DNA from: Candidatus Micrarchaeota archaeon
GTDB lineage: Archaea > Micrarchaeota > Micrarchaeia > Anstonellales > Bilamarchaeaceae
Reading direction: 5' to 3'
Assembly: GCA_964490215.1 (NCBI GenBank)
Contig: CAZBAM010000001.1
Coordinates: 194,962 to 258,961, forward strand
DNA length: 64,000 nt
Position 1 is the first letter of the stretch, and each line of letters opens with the position of its first letter. Positions 9,389 to 18,644 of this stretch are shown here, piece by piece. Under the pieces are notes generated by a model. The model had not been told where the DNA came from. It worked only from the letters and a program-made list of their open reading frames with translations, and made no database searches. The position numbers and the translations under genes are program-made.

Positions 9389-9571
9389 TTTACACGGTAT
9401 TAAAAGAGAGATTTCAATTTAAATAATCTTCTACCATAATGCATAGTCGTAAGGAAGTGTCAATACAAAAGGCATATTTACGTCAGAAACCCTCGGTTCC
9501 CCGGGCGTTTTTGTTGATTGCCTTGAACCTCCCGCAGACCAGGCAGAATCGGAACGGACAGAAGTGAAAGC

Positions 9572-10477
9572 ATGATGCGCGAGATATCACTTGAGGAAGC
9601 CAAACCAATCTGGGACAGGTTCGTGCCGGAAAAGCTGGTCTGGACGGACGACTGGGACATCCGCGTAGCGTTGTGCAGGGAATACGGAGAAAAACCCCTC
9701 ATCCTCTACGACGGGAAAAACTTCTTCCCCCTGCAATTTGAGCCTGAACACGGCTACTACACCATCCTGGGCGGGACCACGGCGGAGAGGAACTACGTGA
9801 CCTTCGACCAGCAGGTCATGAAGACGACGAAAGACATACCCGAGGACATATATTTCGATTTTTTGGTGGACAGGTTTGAAGGCTGCCTGGAAGGGGCGTG
9901 CCCGCAATTCTTCATAGACCTGGCAGGGATAAACGGCATAGACGATTACATCAAACGCTTTTCCGGGAAGCATCAGAAGAATTTCAGGAGAACGATAAAG
10001 CAGTTCGGGGAATATGAATTCGTGAAGCAGGGGACGCTCGAGGAAATGGGCCACATGAACAAGATAACGTTCGGGGAAAAATCCGATTTCGCGACCGAGA
10101 ACAGGGCGTGCTATGAGATTCTGGACAGGGACCCGCGGACGGAGTACTGGTCCATAGTCAAGGGCGGGAAAAAAATCCTGATAATCCAGTATTTCTTCTA
10201 CGGCCGCACCATGTCGGTCTGTGTCTGGGGCGTGGATGAGGCATACGGCGAAACGCTGAAGGTCGCGTTGGCAGAAGGGATAAAGCTCGCCAAAAGCAGG
10301 GGCTGCACGAGAATAGATTATGCCCCGACATATTCCAGCTGGAAGTTCCTTTACCGGCTGGATACAGCGCCACTCTGGAGGTATAAGAGGGGCAACATCC
10401 CGGATTCGGTAGATACGGCTGAATACGGAGTTCCGGCGGATGAAAGGGCAAGGCTCAAGGCAGAAGGGCGGCTATGA
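9572..10477 (+). CDS. putative GNAT-fold acyltransferase (FemAB/CelD-like); weak call
   Basis: 301 aa; loose resemblance to Acetyltransf_6-type proteins only. Confidence 0.3.
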   Translation: MMREISLEEAKPIWDRFVPEKLVWTDDWDIRVALCREYGEKPLILYDGKNFFPLQFEPEHGYYTILGGTTAERNYVTFDQQVMKTTKDIPEDIYFDFLVDRFEGCLEGACPQFFIDLAGINGIDDYIKRFSGKHQKNFRRTIKQFGEYEFVKQGTLEEMGHMNKITFGEKSDFATENRACYEILDRDPRTEYWSIVKGGKKILIIQYFFYGRTMSVCVWGVDEAYGETLKVALAEGIKLAKSRGCTRIDYAPTYSSWKFLYRLDTAPLWRYKRGNIPDSVDTAEYGVPADERARLKAEGRL

Positions 10478-10514
10478 GTTGGCGCTTTTCTTTTGAGGGT
10501 TTTTTCAGTTTAAG

Positions 10515-11189
10515 TCACCAGATGAAGGGGAGCAGGCGGTATCGCGTATTCTGGCAATATTCCTTGTATCCAGGCAGGTCGCGCCGGAGGACTTCCTCCT
10601 CGTTCATGATGCGGAAGAGTATAACCGGCACGACGAGCAGGAACGGGGGCAACGCCCAATAAGAGCCAAGCGCTATCGGGGTGGCGATATACAAGAGCAG
10701 CACGCCGAGGTACATGGGGTGCCGGATGATTGAATATGGCCCTGTGGAGATGACCTTCTGCCCCTTCACAACCTCTATTGTGCGCCCGGCGTAGCTGTTC
10801 TCCCTGAAGACCAGGAAGCAGATGAGGTAGCCGAGGAGGACGCACACGTCTGCAGCCGCCACCAGTCCGAACGTAACATCAGACCATCCGAAACGATGAT
10901 CAAGGCCCGGAATCAGGAAGCCAATCACGAAAAGGATGCCTGATAGCTTCACGACCAGCTGCTGCTTTGCCTCCTTTTCCCTTATCTTCATCCTCCGCTC
11001 CAGGAACTCAGGGTCTTTATTCAGGAAATAAAGGATGACGAGGGATGCTGGGATGAACACTATGGCGACATACACCCAGGCCTGCCAGTAATCCAGAGTG
11101 CCGGCGGACACGAATAACATGAGGCCGATTACGGCCAAAGCAGATGTGAACAGCAGCAGGGCCTTTATCCTGATTGCAGCGGCATCCAT
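10515..11189 (-). CDS. ICMT/PEMT-family membrane methyltransferase
   Basis: multi-TM protein with the IIRHPMYLG motif; ATG at 11187-11189 (MDAAAIRIKALL); the ORF-track upstream extension was discarded. Confidence 0.7.
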   Translation of the reverse strand: MDAAAIRIKALLLFTSALAVIGLMLFVSAGTLDYWQAWVYVAIVFIPASLVILYFLNKDPEFLERRMKIREKEAKQQLVVKLSGILFVIGFLIPGLDHRFGWSDVTFGLVAAADVCVLLGYLICFLVFRENSYAGRTIEVVKGQKVISTGPYSIIRHPMYLGVLLLYIATPIALGSYWALPPFLLVVPVILFRIMNEEEVLRRDLPGYKEYCQNTRYRLLPFIW

Positions 11190-11356
11190 GGGGTAGGATG
11201 GGGCTGCGGCCAATAAAAACAGTGGCACGCGTTTTCCTGCGCACAAATTTTTAAGATTAAACACCGCCTGTTTCGCGATAGTGCCACCGAATGAACCAGC
11301 ATATTTAAACGCAGCAGTGCCAGCAGTTCCATAGATGATTATCATAGGGGATACAA

Positions 11357-13540
11357 ATGACTAAAATAAAACAAATAGCCGGGACAGCATTGCGCTGCAT
11401 GGTAATAGCTTTGCTTCTGGTATCAGTTGCCAGTGCCGCATCGGTAACGGTCCGCGTCATCACGGTAGAGACCGGGCCTGCCGGCGTGGATACGCCTTCG
11501 GTCACAGGCGTGAAGGTCTACCTGAAGAGCCCGGCCACAGGCGCCACTCTTGATTCGCACACGACCAGCAGCCAGGGGGTCGGATTTGCGGTGAACGTAA
11601 GCCAGCAGTTCTACGTGACTACTGCCGCCTCAGGCGCACTGGGCGGCGACTATGGGTTCTACCAGGAACTTGACGGAGATGGGGTGCCGAGTTTCACGGT
11701 GAAGCAGAGCGGAAGCAGCTACCAGCTCTGCCGCGTTTCGGACAACTCGTGCTCGTCCATCCTGATGCTCATATTATACAGGATACACGGCACGGCAGCA
11801 CCGGCCGAGACCGGCTACACAGACCTCGTCTGCACAGACACCGATGGCGGTGACAAGATATACACCAAAGGGACAGTGACGTATTCCTACAAGTACAACG
11901 GAGTGCCGTCAAGCAGCACCTACACGGACTACTGCAACGGCACTAGCGCTGTGATAGAGAGTTTCTGCGTCGGCACCACGCCGAACATCTGGAACAGGCC
12001 CTGCCCGACAGGGTATTCCTGCTCTGCAGGTGCGTGCGTGCAACAGCAGCAGGCGCCACAGGAGGCAACTGTGCGCGTCATAGCTGTGGAAACCGGACCG
12101 GCAGGAGTTTCTACCCCGTCGGTTACCGGCGTGAAAGTATATCTTAAAAGCCCGGCCACAGGCGCCACTCTTGATTCGCACACGACCAGCAGCCAGGGCG
12201 TCGGGTTCAACGTGAACGTAAGCCAGCAGTTCTACGTGACTACTGCCGCCTCAGGCGCACTGGGCGGCGACTATGGATTCTACCAGGAACTTGACGGAGA
12301 TGGTGTGCCGTCGTTCGCGGTAAAGGATGTCGGAGGCAGCCTGCAGCTATGCAAGCTGTCGGACAATTCTTGCTCGTCCGTTCTGGTGCTGATATTGTAC
12401 AGGATACACGGGCAGGCAAACCAGACGCCGACCGGCTATACGGACCTCGTCTGCACCGACACAGATGGCGGTGACAAGATATACACCAAGGGGACGGTGA
12501 GTTATTCGTACAAGTACAACGGCCAGCCGTACAGCTACACCTACACGGATTACTGCAACGGCACGACCACGGTCATAGAGAGTTTCTGCGTCGGCACCAC
12601 GCCGAACATCTGGAACAGGCCATGCCCGACAGGATATGCCTGCTCTGCGGGCGTATGCGTGCAACAGCAGCAGGCTGCACAGGAAACGCTCAAGGTGATA
12701 GCGGTTGAAACAGGACCGGCAGGGGTGACCACGCCTTCGGTAACCGGCGTTACAATCCACCTGAAGAGCCCTTCAACAGGTGCGACGCTTGATACCGAAG
12801 TGACGACCACGTCAGGGGTTTCATTTACAGTGAATTCAGGCCAGCAGTTCTACGTGACGACTGCCGCAAGCGGAGCCCTTGGAGGGAACTATGGCTTCTA
12901 CCAGGAGCTTGACGGCGACGGGGTGCCGTCTTTCGTCATAAACAGCAGCGGGCTGTGCCGTGTCTCCAACGGCGAGTGCTCGTCAATAAAGATGCTGATA
13001 TTGTACAGGATACACGGCGCGGCAGCACCGCCCCAGCAGAATCCGACCTTCGCGCTGAAGCTCAGGACCGGCTGGAACCTGGTCAGCATCCCGTATGAGC
13101 GCGGCTGCTTCAAATCAACCACCTGCCCGGCAGGAATCAAGGCATACGCCTACAACTCTGCCACCAACACGTACAGTAACTGGACTGCCAAGCTATACGG
13201 GCAATCGCCTGGCTGCAGCATGATGTCAGGCAGGGCATACTGGATAAAGACAAGCACGCCATGCGAGCTGGAATACGAAGCCAGTGGCGCGGCGTTCCAG
13301 TTCACCGGCCCGACGCCGGCAGTGCCTAACCGCTGGATTGACCTTGGCGCGCCGATTGTAGCGACGACCTGGGAGACGGTGCGCGGCAGCTGTGTAGCGG
13401 AAAAGGGACCGTGGAAATTTGATGCCGCATCCCAGAGCTGGGTGAAGGCGACGAGCATCGCTCCCTTTGATGGATTCTTCGTGAAGGTTGTGAGCAGCTG
13501 CGAGCTGGGAAGCAGCGTCTACCCGCCGCTGCCGGAGTAG
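11357..13540 (+). CDS. secreted surface protein with three tandem ~207-aa repeats, each ending in a Cys-knot (CNGT..CVGTTPNIWNRPCPTGYxCSAGxCVQQQQ)
   Basis: N-terminal signal peptide (ALRCMVIALLLVSVASAAS); repeats are obvious at both protein and DNA level; 727 aa. Confidence 0.7.
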   Translation: MTKIKQIAGTALRCMVIALLLVSVASAASVTVRVITVETGPAGVDTPSVTGVKVYLKSPATGATLDSHTTSSQGVGFAVNVSQQFYVTTAASGALGGDYGFYQELDGDGVPSFTVKQSGSSYQLCRVSDNSCSSILMLILYRIHGTAAPAETGYTDLVCTDTDGGDKIYTKGTVTYSYKYNGVPSSSTYTDYCNGTSAVIESFCVGTTPNIWNRPCPTGYSCSAGACVQQQQAPQEATVRVIAVETGPAGVSTPSVTGVKVYLKSPATGATLDSHTTSSQGVGFNVNVSQQFYVTTAASGALGGDYGFYQELDGDGVPSFAVKDVGGSLQLCKLSDNSCSSVLVLILYRIHGQANQTPTGYTDLVCTDTDGGDKIYTKGTVSYSYKYNGQPYSYTYTDYCNGTTTVIESFCVGTTPNIWNRPCPTGYACSAGVCVQQQQAAQETLKVIAVETGPAGVTTPSVTGVTIHLKSPSTGATLDTEVTTTSGVSFTVNSGQQFYVTTAASGALGGNYGFYQELDGDGVPSFVINSSGLCRVSNGECSSIKMLILYRIHGAAAPPQQNPTFALKLRTGWNLVSIPYERGCFKSTTCPAGIKAYAYNSATNTYSNWTAKLYGQSPGCSMMSGRAYWIKTSTPCELEYEASGAAFQFTGPTPAVPNRWIDLGAPIVATTWETVRGSCVAEKGPWKFDAASQSWVKATSIAPFDGFFVKVVSSCELGSSVYPPLPE
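11444..13020 (+). repeat. intragenic tandem repeat, period 618-621 nt, about 2.5 copies
   Basis: copy starts near 11444, 12065 and 12683; stretches such as GTGAAGGTCTACCTGAAGAGCCCGGCCACAGGCGCCACTCTTGATTCGCACACGACCAGCAGCCAGGG recur almost identically. Confidence 0.8.
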
Positions 13541-13545
13541 GAGGT

Positions 13546-13749
13546 ATGACTATGAAAGCATTGATTGCACTGCTCGTGGTGGCCCTGCTGGTGGCCGGCT
13601 GCGTGACGCCGCAACAGCAGGAGGCGAACGCGGGCCAGGGACAGGATGCCGGGGCCGTTTCCCAGGCGCCTGACATGCCACCCCCCTTCCCGGACGAGGA
13701 GAATGGCGGCACTACGGACCCGGATGGCCCGCCGCCATTGCCGGAATAG
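13546..13749 (+). CDS. small secreted lipoprotein-like protein (lipobox LVAGC) with an acidic Pro-rich tail
   Basis: MTMKALIALLVVALLVAGC signal/lipobox; 67 aa. Confidence 0.4.
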   Translation: MTMKALIALLVVALLVAGCVTPQQQEANAGQGQDAGAVSQAPDMPPPFPDEENGGTTDPDGPPPLPE

Positions 13750-13803
13750 ATTTTTGCTTTTCAGCGACGTGGAACGGATAAACCCAGGCATGGAAGCGAT
13801 GGC

Positions 13804-14280
13804 GTGAAACCCAGGGAAATAGGAACCGCCGTGCTCTCCATACTGCTCTGTCTCGCAGCAGGCGCCATAGGCGGGCTGGTGACCTATCCTGCGATTCCAG
13901 GGTGGTACGCCTCGCTCAACAAGCCTTCCTTCAGCCCGCCAAACTGGGTTTTCGGGCCGGTCTGGACTGCGCTTTACGTGCTCATGGGCATCGCCGCGTA
14001 TGCCGTTTACAGGACCGGCATGAAGAAGCAGGCAGTGCGGGACGCTCTCGCAGTTTTCGGCGTCCAGCTCGGCATCAACGTCCTCTGGTCCCTGCTTTTC
14101 TTCGGACTGCATTCGCCTATTTACGGGCTGATGTGCATAGTGGCGCTCTGGCTGGCCATAGCCATCACCATAATAAGGTTTTACGCGATATCAAAAACCG
14201 CAGGGCTGCTGCTCGTGCCGTATATATTGTGGGTTTCATTCGCGAGCCTGCTTAATTTCTGCGTATGGATGCTTAACTGA
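13804..14280 (+). CDS. tspO: TspO/MBR tryptophan-rich sensory protein
   Basis: WYASLNKPSFSPPNWVFGPVWTALYVLMG and a five-TM layout typical of TspO. Confidence 0.85.
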   Translation: MKPREIGTAVLSILLCLAAGAIGGLVTYPAIPGWYASLNKPSFSPPNWVFGPVWTALYVLMGIAAYAVYRTGMKKQAVRDALAVFGVQLGINVLWSLLFFGLHSPIYGLMCIVALWLAIAITIIRFYAISKTAGLLLVPYILWVSFASLLNFCVWMLN

Positions 14281-14289
14281 GGTTTTTGC

Positions 14290-14448
14290 ATGGGAATGAG
14301 CAAGAAGGATTTGTCAAGGAAGAAGGCCAATATCAAGACCAGGATAGCGGAACTTGAGGAGAAGGCGAGGATGGACCCGCTGAAAAGGAACAGGGCGGTC
14401 CACGACGAGCTCGAGCAGTTGAAGAAGAAGCTCGCGGAAGCGGATTGA
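14290..14448 (+). CDS. small charged coiled-coil protein (52 aa)
   Basis: MGMSKKDLSRKKANIKTRIAELEEKARMDPLKRNRAVHDELEQLKKKLAEAD; sits immediately upstream of 14453. Confidence 0.3.
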   Translation: MGMSKKDLSRKKANIKTRIAELEEKARMDPLKRNRAVHDELEQLKKKLAEAD

Positions 14449-14452
14449 CCAG

Positions 14453-15604
14453 ATGAAGCTTGGCAATAATGGCATCGCAGCGGCCGCCGCCATCTGCACC
14501 ATCCTTATCGCTGCACTGATTGTGCTCGTATTAGCGAACGGTTCGCTTGGGGAACGGCTGGCCGAAACCGAGGCTGCACTCAACAAAACCAGCGCCGAGA
14601 AAGCAGGCATCCAGGCAACGCTGGCAAGGACACAGGCCGCGCTTTTGGAAAGGGAGCTGCAGGTGGGGAACCTCACGTCGCGGCTCGCGGAGAAGGAGCT
14701 GGAATTGAACGCGACCGCCGCCAGCCTCTCGCAGGCCGAGGATGAGCTCAACAGCATCAGGGAGGAGCTGGAGAGGAATGCCATCTCGCTTGCGCAGGCA
14801 AGGGAGGAGTTCGCCTCACTGCGGGAAAACCTGAGCGGGATGGAGGAATCGCTCAACGAGGACGTCCAGTGGTTCAGGGACAACTCGCGGCTGCCGGATT
14901 CCGCGTCCTATTTCGTCCAGTACGTGATGGACAAGTGCGTGAATGACAGCTCCCTCAACCTTGGATGCGTAGCGCTGTTCATGGAGAAGCGCGTGGGCTT
15001 CAGGTACATAGACGAGCAGAATGACAGGCTCTACACCATAGACGAGATGGTGGCGCGGGGAGGTGGCGACTGCGAGGACTATTCACTGTTCGTGAAGGCG
15101 CTCCTCAACAGCCTGCCGGACGGCAGCAACGACCTCTGGCTTCTTGGCTGGAAGCATGGCAGCGGCCAGTTCCTAGCCTACCGGAGCGACAGCGGCACCG
15201 AGTGGCACTACCCGGGCCAGGGGGTTTATCTTGGCAGGCTGGATGAGACAAGCCCATATGCCATCTGCTACCTTACCGACTTGAGCGGGCCTGTGCCCAT
15301 GGGCCACTGCGTAGTCGCGCTTGCCGGCGGGGTGATAGAGTCGGTGGCGGACCTCAGCAACCTTGACGGCGCGGTGGCATTGGAGCCGCAGAACGGCGCC
15401 TACACGGGATACGTAGGCAACGGCGGCCAGTACCACCTTTGCACGGACGGGGAGAGGTCGTGCGGCGGGACGCCCGGCGAGATATTCATCGTCATGACCA
15501 ACGACGACCTTTACGAGTTCAAGAACGGGAAGTGGGAAAGCTTCGGCACCTATCGCGCCCAGGCCGAGGCCCTGCGGGAGAGGCTGGCCGCTACTCATCC
15601 ATGA
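14453..15604 (+). CDS. membrane-anchored coiled-coil protein with a C-terminal transglutaminase-like cysteine-protease core
   Basis: N-terminal TM, ~130-aa coiled coil, then GGGDCEDYSLFVKALL (TGase-like Cys) followed by WHYPGQGVY...LDE (candidate His/Asp). Confidence 0.45.
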   Translation: MKLGNNGIAAAAAICTILIAALIVLVLANGSLGERLAETEAALNKTSAEKAGIQATLARTQAALLERELQVGNLTSRLAEKELELNATAASLSQAEDELNSIREELERNAISLAQAREEFASLRENLSGMEESLNEDVQWFRDNSRLPDSASYFVQYVMDKCVNDSSLNLGCVALFMEKRVGFRYIDEQNDRLYTIDEMVARGGGDCEDYSLFVKALLNSLPDGSNDLWLLGWKHGSGQFLAYRSDSGTEWHYPGQGVYLGRLDETSPYAICYLTDLSGPVPMGHCVVALAGGVIESVADLSNLDGAVALEPQNGAYTGYVGNGGQYHLCTDGERSCGGTPGEIFIVMTNDDLYEFKNGKWESFGTYRAQAEALRERLAATHP

Positions 15605-16670
15605 AGCGCCAGAATACGTAGTCAAAAATCCTCTTTCTCAGGCCTGTCCGCGGGTCTTCAAGAAGCCAGCCCACGAACCATGAGAAGGGCAGCGACGGGT
15701 TGGTGAAAAGGTCAAACAGGAAAACCTGCGCGCGGTGGGTGGATGCGAGGCGCGACATGATGCGGGCGCCTTCCGGGTCGTTGCGGATGTGCTTCGCGAC
15801 TCCTTCGCCGCTTTTCACTGCGTAGTATATCCCTTCGGTGGTCACCGGGTTGAGCAGGCCTGCGGCATCGCCCACGAGGAAAACGCCCGGCCCGCCTATA
15901 CCACCCCGTGTGCCGTCAGGCCCGACGGGAAACTTCCAGCCGCGGTAGTCTGCGTTGCCTCGGTATCCCTCGCTCCTGAGCTCTGCGGGCTCAAGGCCGA
16001 ACTCCTTTTTCGCCCATTTCCTTACCCGCGGTGCGAGTTCGTGCATCTGGACGCCGGCCATGGCCCCGCCTATCATGGTCTGCTTCCTGTTCTTTGACAT
16101 CAGGTAGCCGTAGCCGTGGGTGAATATTCCGGGCAGCCAATAGACGCGGAACTCCTCAGACGGGCGGTCAAGCACGAAATGGAATGCATGGCCGACTACG
16201 TGCTCCATGGGCAGGCCGAGGAACGGCCGGACTACCGAGAACGAGCCGTCAGCGCCCACGAGCCATTTGTAGCGGTAGCGGGTTCTTGGGGTTTCCACGT
16301 ATGCCGGGGTTATCGTTGTCACTGGTTCTGAGAAGCGGATTTCCGTATTGGCGTCGCAGCCGCTGCGGAGCCAGTTCTCAAACTCACAACGGCCCACTGT
16401 CCAGAGGTAGGGGCGGCCGTAGGATACGTGGTGCACGCCTTTCGCAGTGCCGACGCCGACCGTTTTCCATTCCTGCGCGCCCCGGAAGATTGACGAGGGG
16501 TCAGTGCCGGGAATGACCTTGGAGCTGATTTCGCCTGAGCAGATTTTCCTTCCAGGGGCAGAGTTTTTTTCCAGCACGAGCACGCGCAACCCGGAACCGG
16601 AAAGGTTTTTGGCGCAGGAAAGCCCGCCCGGGCCTGCGCCGACAATGACCACGTCGTAGGAGTCAGCCAT
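15591..16670 (-). CDS. geranylgeranyl reductase family FAD-dependent oxidoreductase
   Basis: YDVVIVGAGPGGLSCAKNL dinucleotide-binding motif and overall GGR-family similarity; 359 aa. Confidence 0.85.
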   Translation of the reverse strand: MADSYDVVIVGAGPGGLSCAKNLSGSGLRVLVLEKNSAPGRKICSGEISSKVIPGTDPSSIFRGAQEWKTVGVGTAKGVHHVSYGRPYLWTVGRCEFENWLRSGCDANTEIRFSEPVTTITPAYVETPRTRYRYKWLVGADGSFSVVRPFLGLPMEHVVGHAFHFVLDRPSEEFRVYWLPGIFTHGYGYLMSKNRKQTMIGGAMAGVQMHELAPRVRKWAKKEFGLEPAELRSEGYRGNADYRGWKFPVGPDGTRGGIGGPGVFLVGDAAGLLNPVTTEGIYYAVKSGEGVAKHIRNDPEGARIMSRLASTHRAQVFLFDLFTNPSLPFSWFVGWLLEDPRTGLRKRIFDYVFWRFMDE

Positions 16671-16777
16671 GGCGCATATTCGCGCCTGCGGCTTTTAAGC
16701 CATTGCGTGGGCAGGTGAACAAGATTGATAAAAAGGTTTAAATCATGTATGAACACAGCGTTATTGGGAGTGAAACA

Positions 16778-17638
16778 ATGGCTGCTGAAAGAAGGGTTCT
16801 TGAACGCTGCGCAGTGGGGGACAGGATACTGCTGGGTTTTGCCAAGCACAACTACGAGCCTGCCGTTGAGCACATTAAGAAGATGGCAGGTGGTAGCGCC
16901 CGCAACCTGGAACTGCTGTTCGCCAGGAGGGTGGATGGCTCATCATCGCGAACTGTCTATGATTATGCCACTGGAAAGAGTACGGCGGTAGAACGGCTCC
17001 GTGGCGACGGGAGTTTCATACTGCTCAGGTACATGCCGCACAGAGGATACACCTCGGCAGCGCCGCCTTCCCCGGCCGAAGTCCTGGGGCCTGCGTTCGA
17101 CCTCGGCGAGAGCTTGCAGGGGGAGGGGCTCCGCATCTTCTATAACATGGGCAACAGGCCGGCAGGAGAATGGTTCGAAGTTGCCGAGGCCAGGCTGAAT
17201 GCAGATACAAAACTGATGTATGGCATGTATTATTTTGATTGCGTAAATCTGCTCCGTGTGATGGAAGAAGGGTCACGCCCGTTTGAAGCAGGAGGCGCCC
17301 GCTTCATCAGGAATGCGGTCAGTGAAGGGGCGTATTACAATTCAGGAGGGAACAGAGCGACAAGCTGCGATGACAACTGGGAGCTGGCGCAGAGGGGCCT
17401 GACCGCCCGGATTGTGAACTCCCTGAATGATATGAGGGAACACCAAGACGGCGTGCGCTTGTCACGAAGACTGGGAAGAGAGGGCATGGCGGTGCAGGGG
17501 CCAGGCGACTTCTTGGACGACACCTTAATCTCAGGGGTCCTGCTGGTGTTGAAGGCACAGGGGGAGCACCTGCATATCACTCCGGCCATCGTGCCCTACG
17601 GGCCGTACATAAACGGCTTGCTGGCTACGGTGAGATAG
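16778..17638 (+). CDS. uncharacterised paralog family, member 1
   Basis: SD-like GGGAGTGA 6 nt before the ATG; similar to the next two genes. Confidence 0.6.
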   Translation: MAAERRVLERCAVGDRILLGFAKHNYEPAVEHIKKMAGGSARNLELLFARRVDGSSSRTVYDYATGKSTAVERLRGDGSFILLRYMPHRGYTSAAPPSPAEVLGPAFDLGESLQGEGLRIFYNMGNRPAGEWFEVAEARLNADTKLMYGMYYFDCVNLLRVMEEGSRPFEAGGARFIRNAVSEGAYYNSGGNRATSCDDNWELAQRGLTARIVNSLNDMREHQDGVRLSRRLGREGMAVQGPGDFLDDTLISGVLLVLKAQGEHLHITPAIVPYGPYINGLLATVR

Positions 17639-17686
17639 GCTGCGCGCACAACGTTCATGAGCATAACGTATGATGGGAGTGAAACA

Positions 17687-18586
17687 ATGATAACTGCCAG
17701 GGAGAGACGACTGCTTTCTTACAGCAAAAAAGGGGACAGGATAGGATTCAGCTGCATTAGCTCGTTCTGCAACGAACCGCTCCTGGAACACGTGCGGAGG
17801 ATGGCGGACGGCGTGGCGCCCAACCTGCGGCTGCTGTCAGCCGTTGGGATTGACGGCAGCGGCACGACCAGACCCATCATAAAGCAGCACTGGTACGGAA
17901 TGAGAATGCGCCAGCCGCATCCGGGTGAAAGGATTTTCGTTGGACTGGAATGCACGGCTGACAGGGTCAGACCAAACGGCCTGTTGGACCCGGTCTTTGA
18001 CCTGTCCGAAGCGGTATTAGCCTTCGGAACGTCATCAGACGCCAGAATCTACTATCGCACCGGCGAGCCGACCACGCTGTACGACGTTGCCGGGGTTCGG
18101 CTGAAGCTTGCGATGAAAGTCAGTTACAGTTATGACATCACATACGACCTGACCGGAATCTATTACCTGGATTGCACGAAGATCCTCAACGCGATAAAAG
18201 AACTGTCGCTACCAGCCGAATTCGGAGGGAAACCTTACGTAAGGGAGTGGATAATGAAGGCGGCGTATTACATCCAGGAAAGGCGGGAGAGGCGGAAGAT
18301 TCTTTCCAATAGTGCGTCTGACTGGAGTGACGCGCAGAAAGGGATGGCCGTAAGTACGGCCTGGTTCCTGAACTCCGCAAACGGGTGGAATGGAGGGGTC
18401 AGGTTGTCAGGCTGGCTGAGAGGCGAGGATGAGTGGGGATGGGAACATTGTGGCAATGGGGATAGTGTTGCACTCGCATTCATTCTGGACAGGTTGAAAA
18501 CGGATGACTGGATATACGTCATTCCAAGCGACCCTTCCGGAAGCCACACGGCCGAAATCATTCGGTTCTTGGACGGGATGAAGTAA
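17687..18586 (+). CDS. uncharacterised paralog family, member 2
   Basis: 16-nt start context TGGGAGTGAAACAATG identical to member 1; shared motifs GDRI, APNL, YYLDCTKIL. Confidence 0.6.
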   Translation: MITARERRLLSYSKKGDRIGFSCISSFCNEPLLEHVRRMADGVAPNLRLLSAVGIDGSGTTRPIIKQHWYGMRMRQPHPGERIFVGLECTADRVRPNGLLDPVFDLSEAVLAFGTSSDARIYYRTGEPTTLYDVAGVRLKLAMKVSYSYDITYDLTGIYYLDCTKILNAIKELSLPAEFGGKPYVREWIMKAAYYIQERRERRKILSNSASDWSDAQKGMAVSTAWFLNSANGWNGGVRLSGWLRGEDEWGWEHCGNGDSVALAFILDRLKTDDWIYVIPSDPSGSHTAEIIRFLDGMK

Positions 18587-18644
18587 GCAACAGGAACGAA
18601 AACGCCGGCAGTGGATACACACGCCGGCGATGGAGGATGAGAAC

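Larger units (their letters stand above)
7702..9497. mobile_element. AT-rich ~1.8-kb insertion at the 3' end of tRNA-Asn bounded by a 14/15-nt direct repeat (TCCCCGGGGCGTTTT at 7691-7705; TCCCCGGGCGTTTT at 9498-9511); no integrase, so likely a remnant of an integrated element
   Basis: abrupt drop in GC content immediately after the tRNA, restored after the second repeat copy; contains two ORFs with AT-rich codon usage. Confidence 0.45.

Noticed and set aside
16745-16777. ATG 16745 / 17657 / 18630 as starts of the three paralogs
   Set aside because: Downstream ATGs (16778, 17687, 18645) each sit 6 nt after a conserved SD-like GGGAGTGA/GGAGGATGA, which is the more plausible initiation context.
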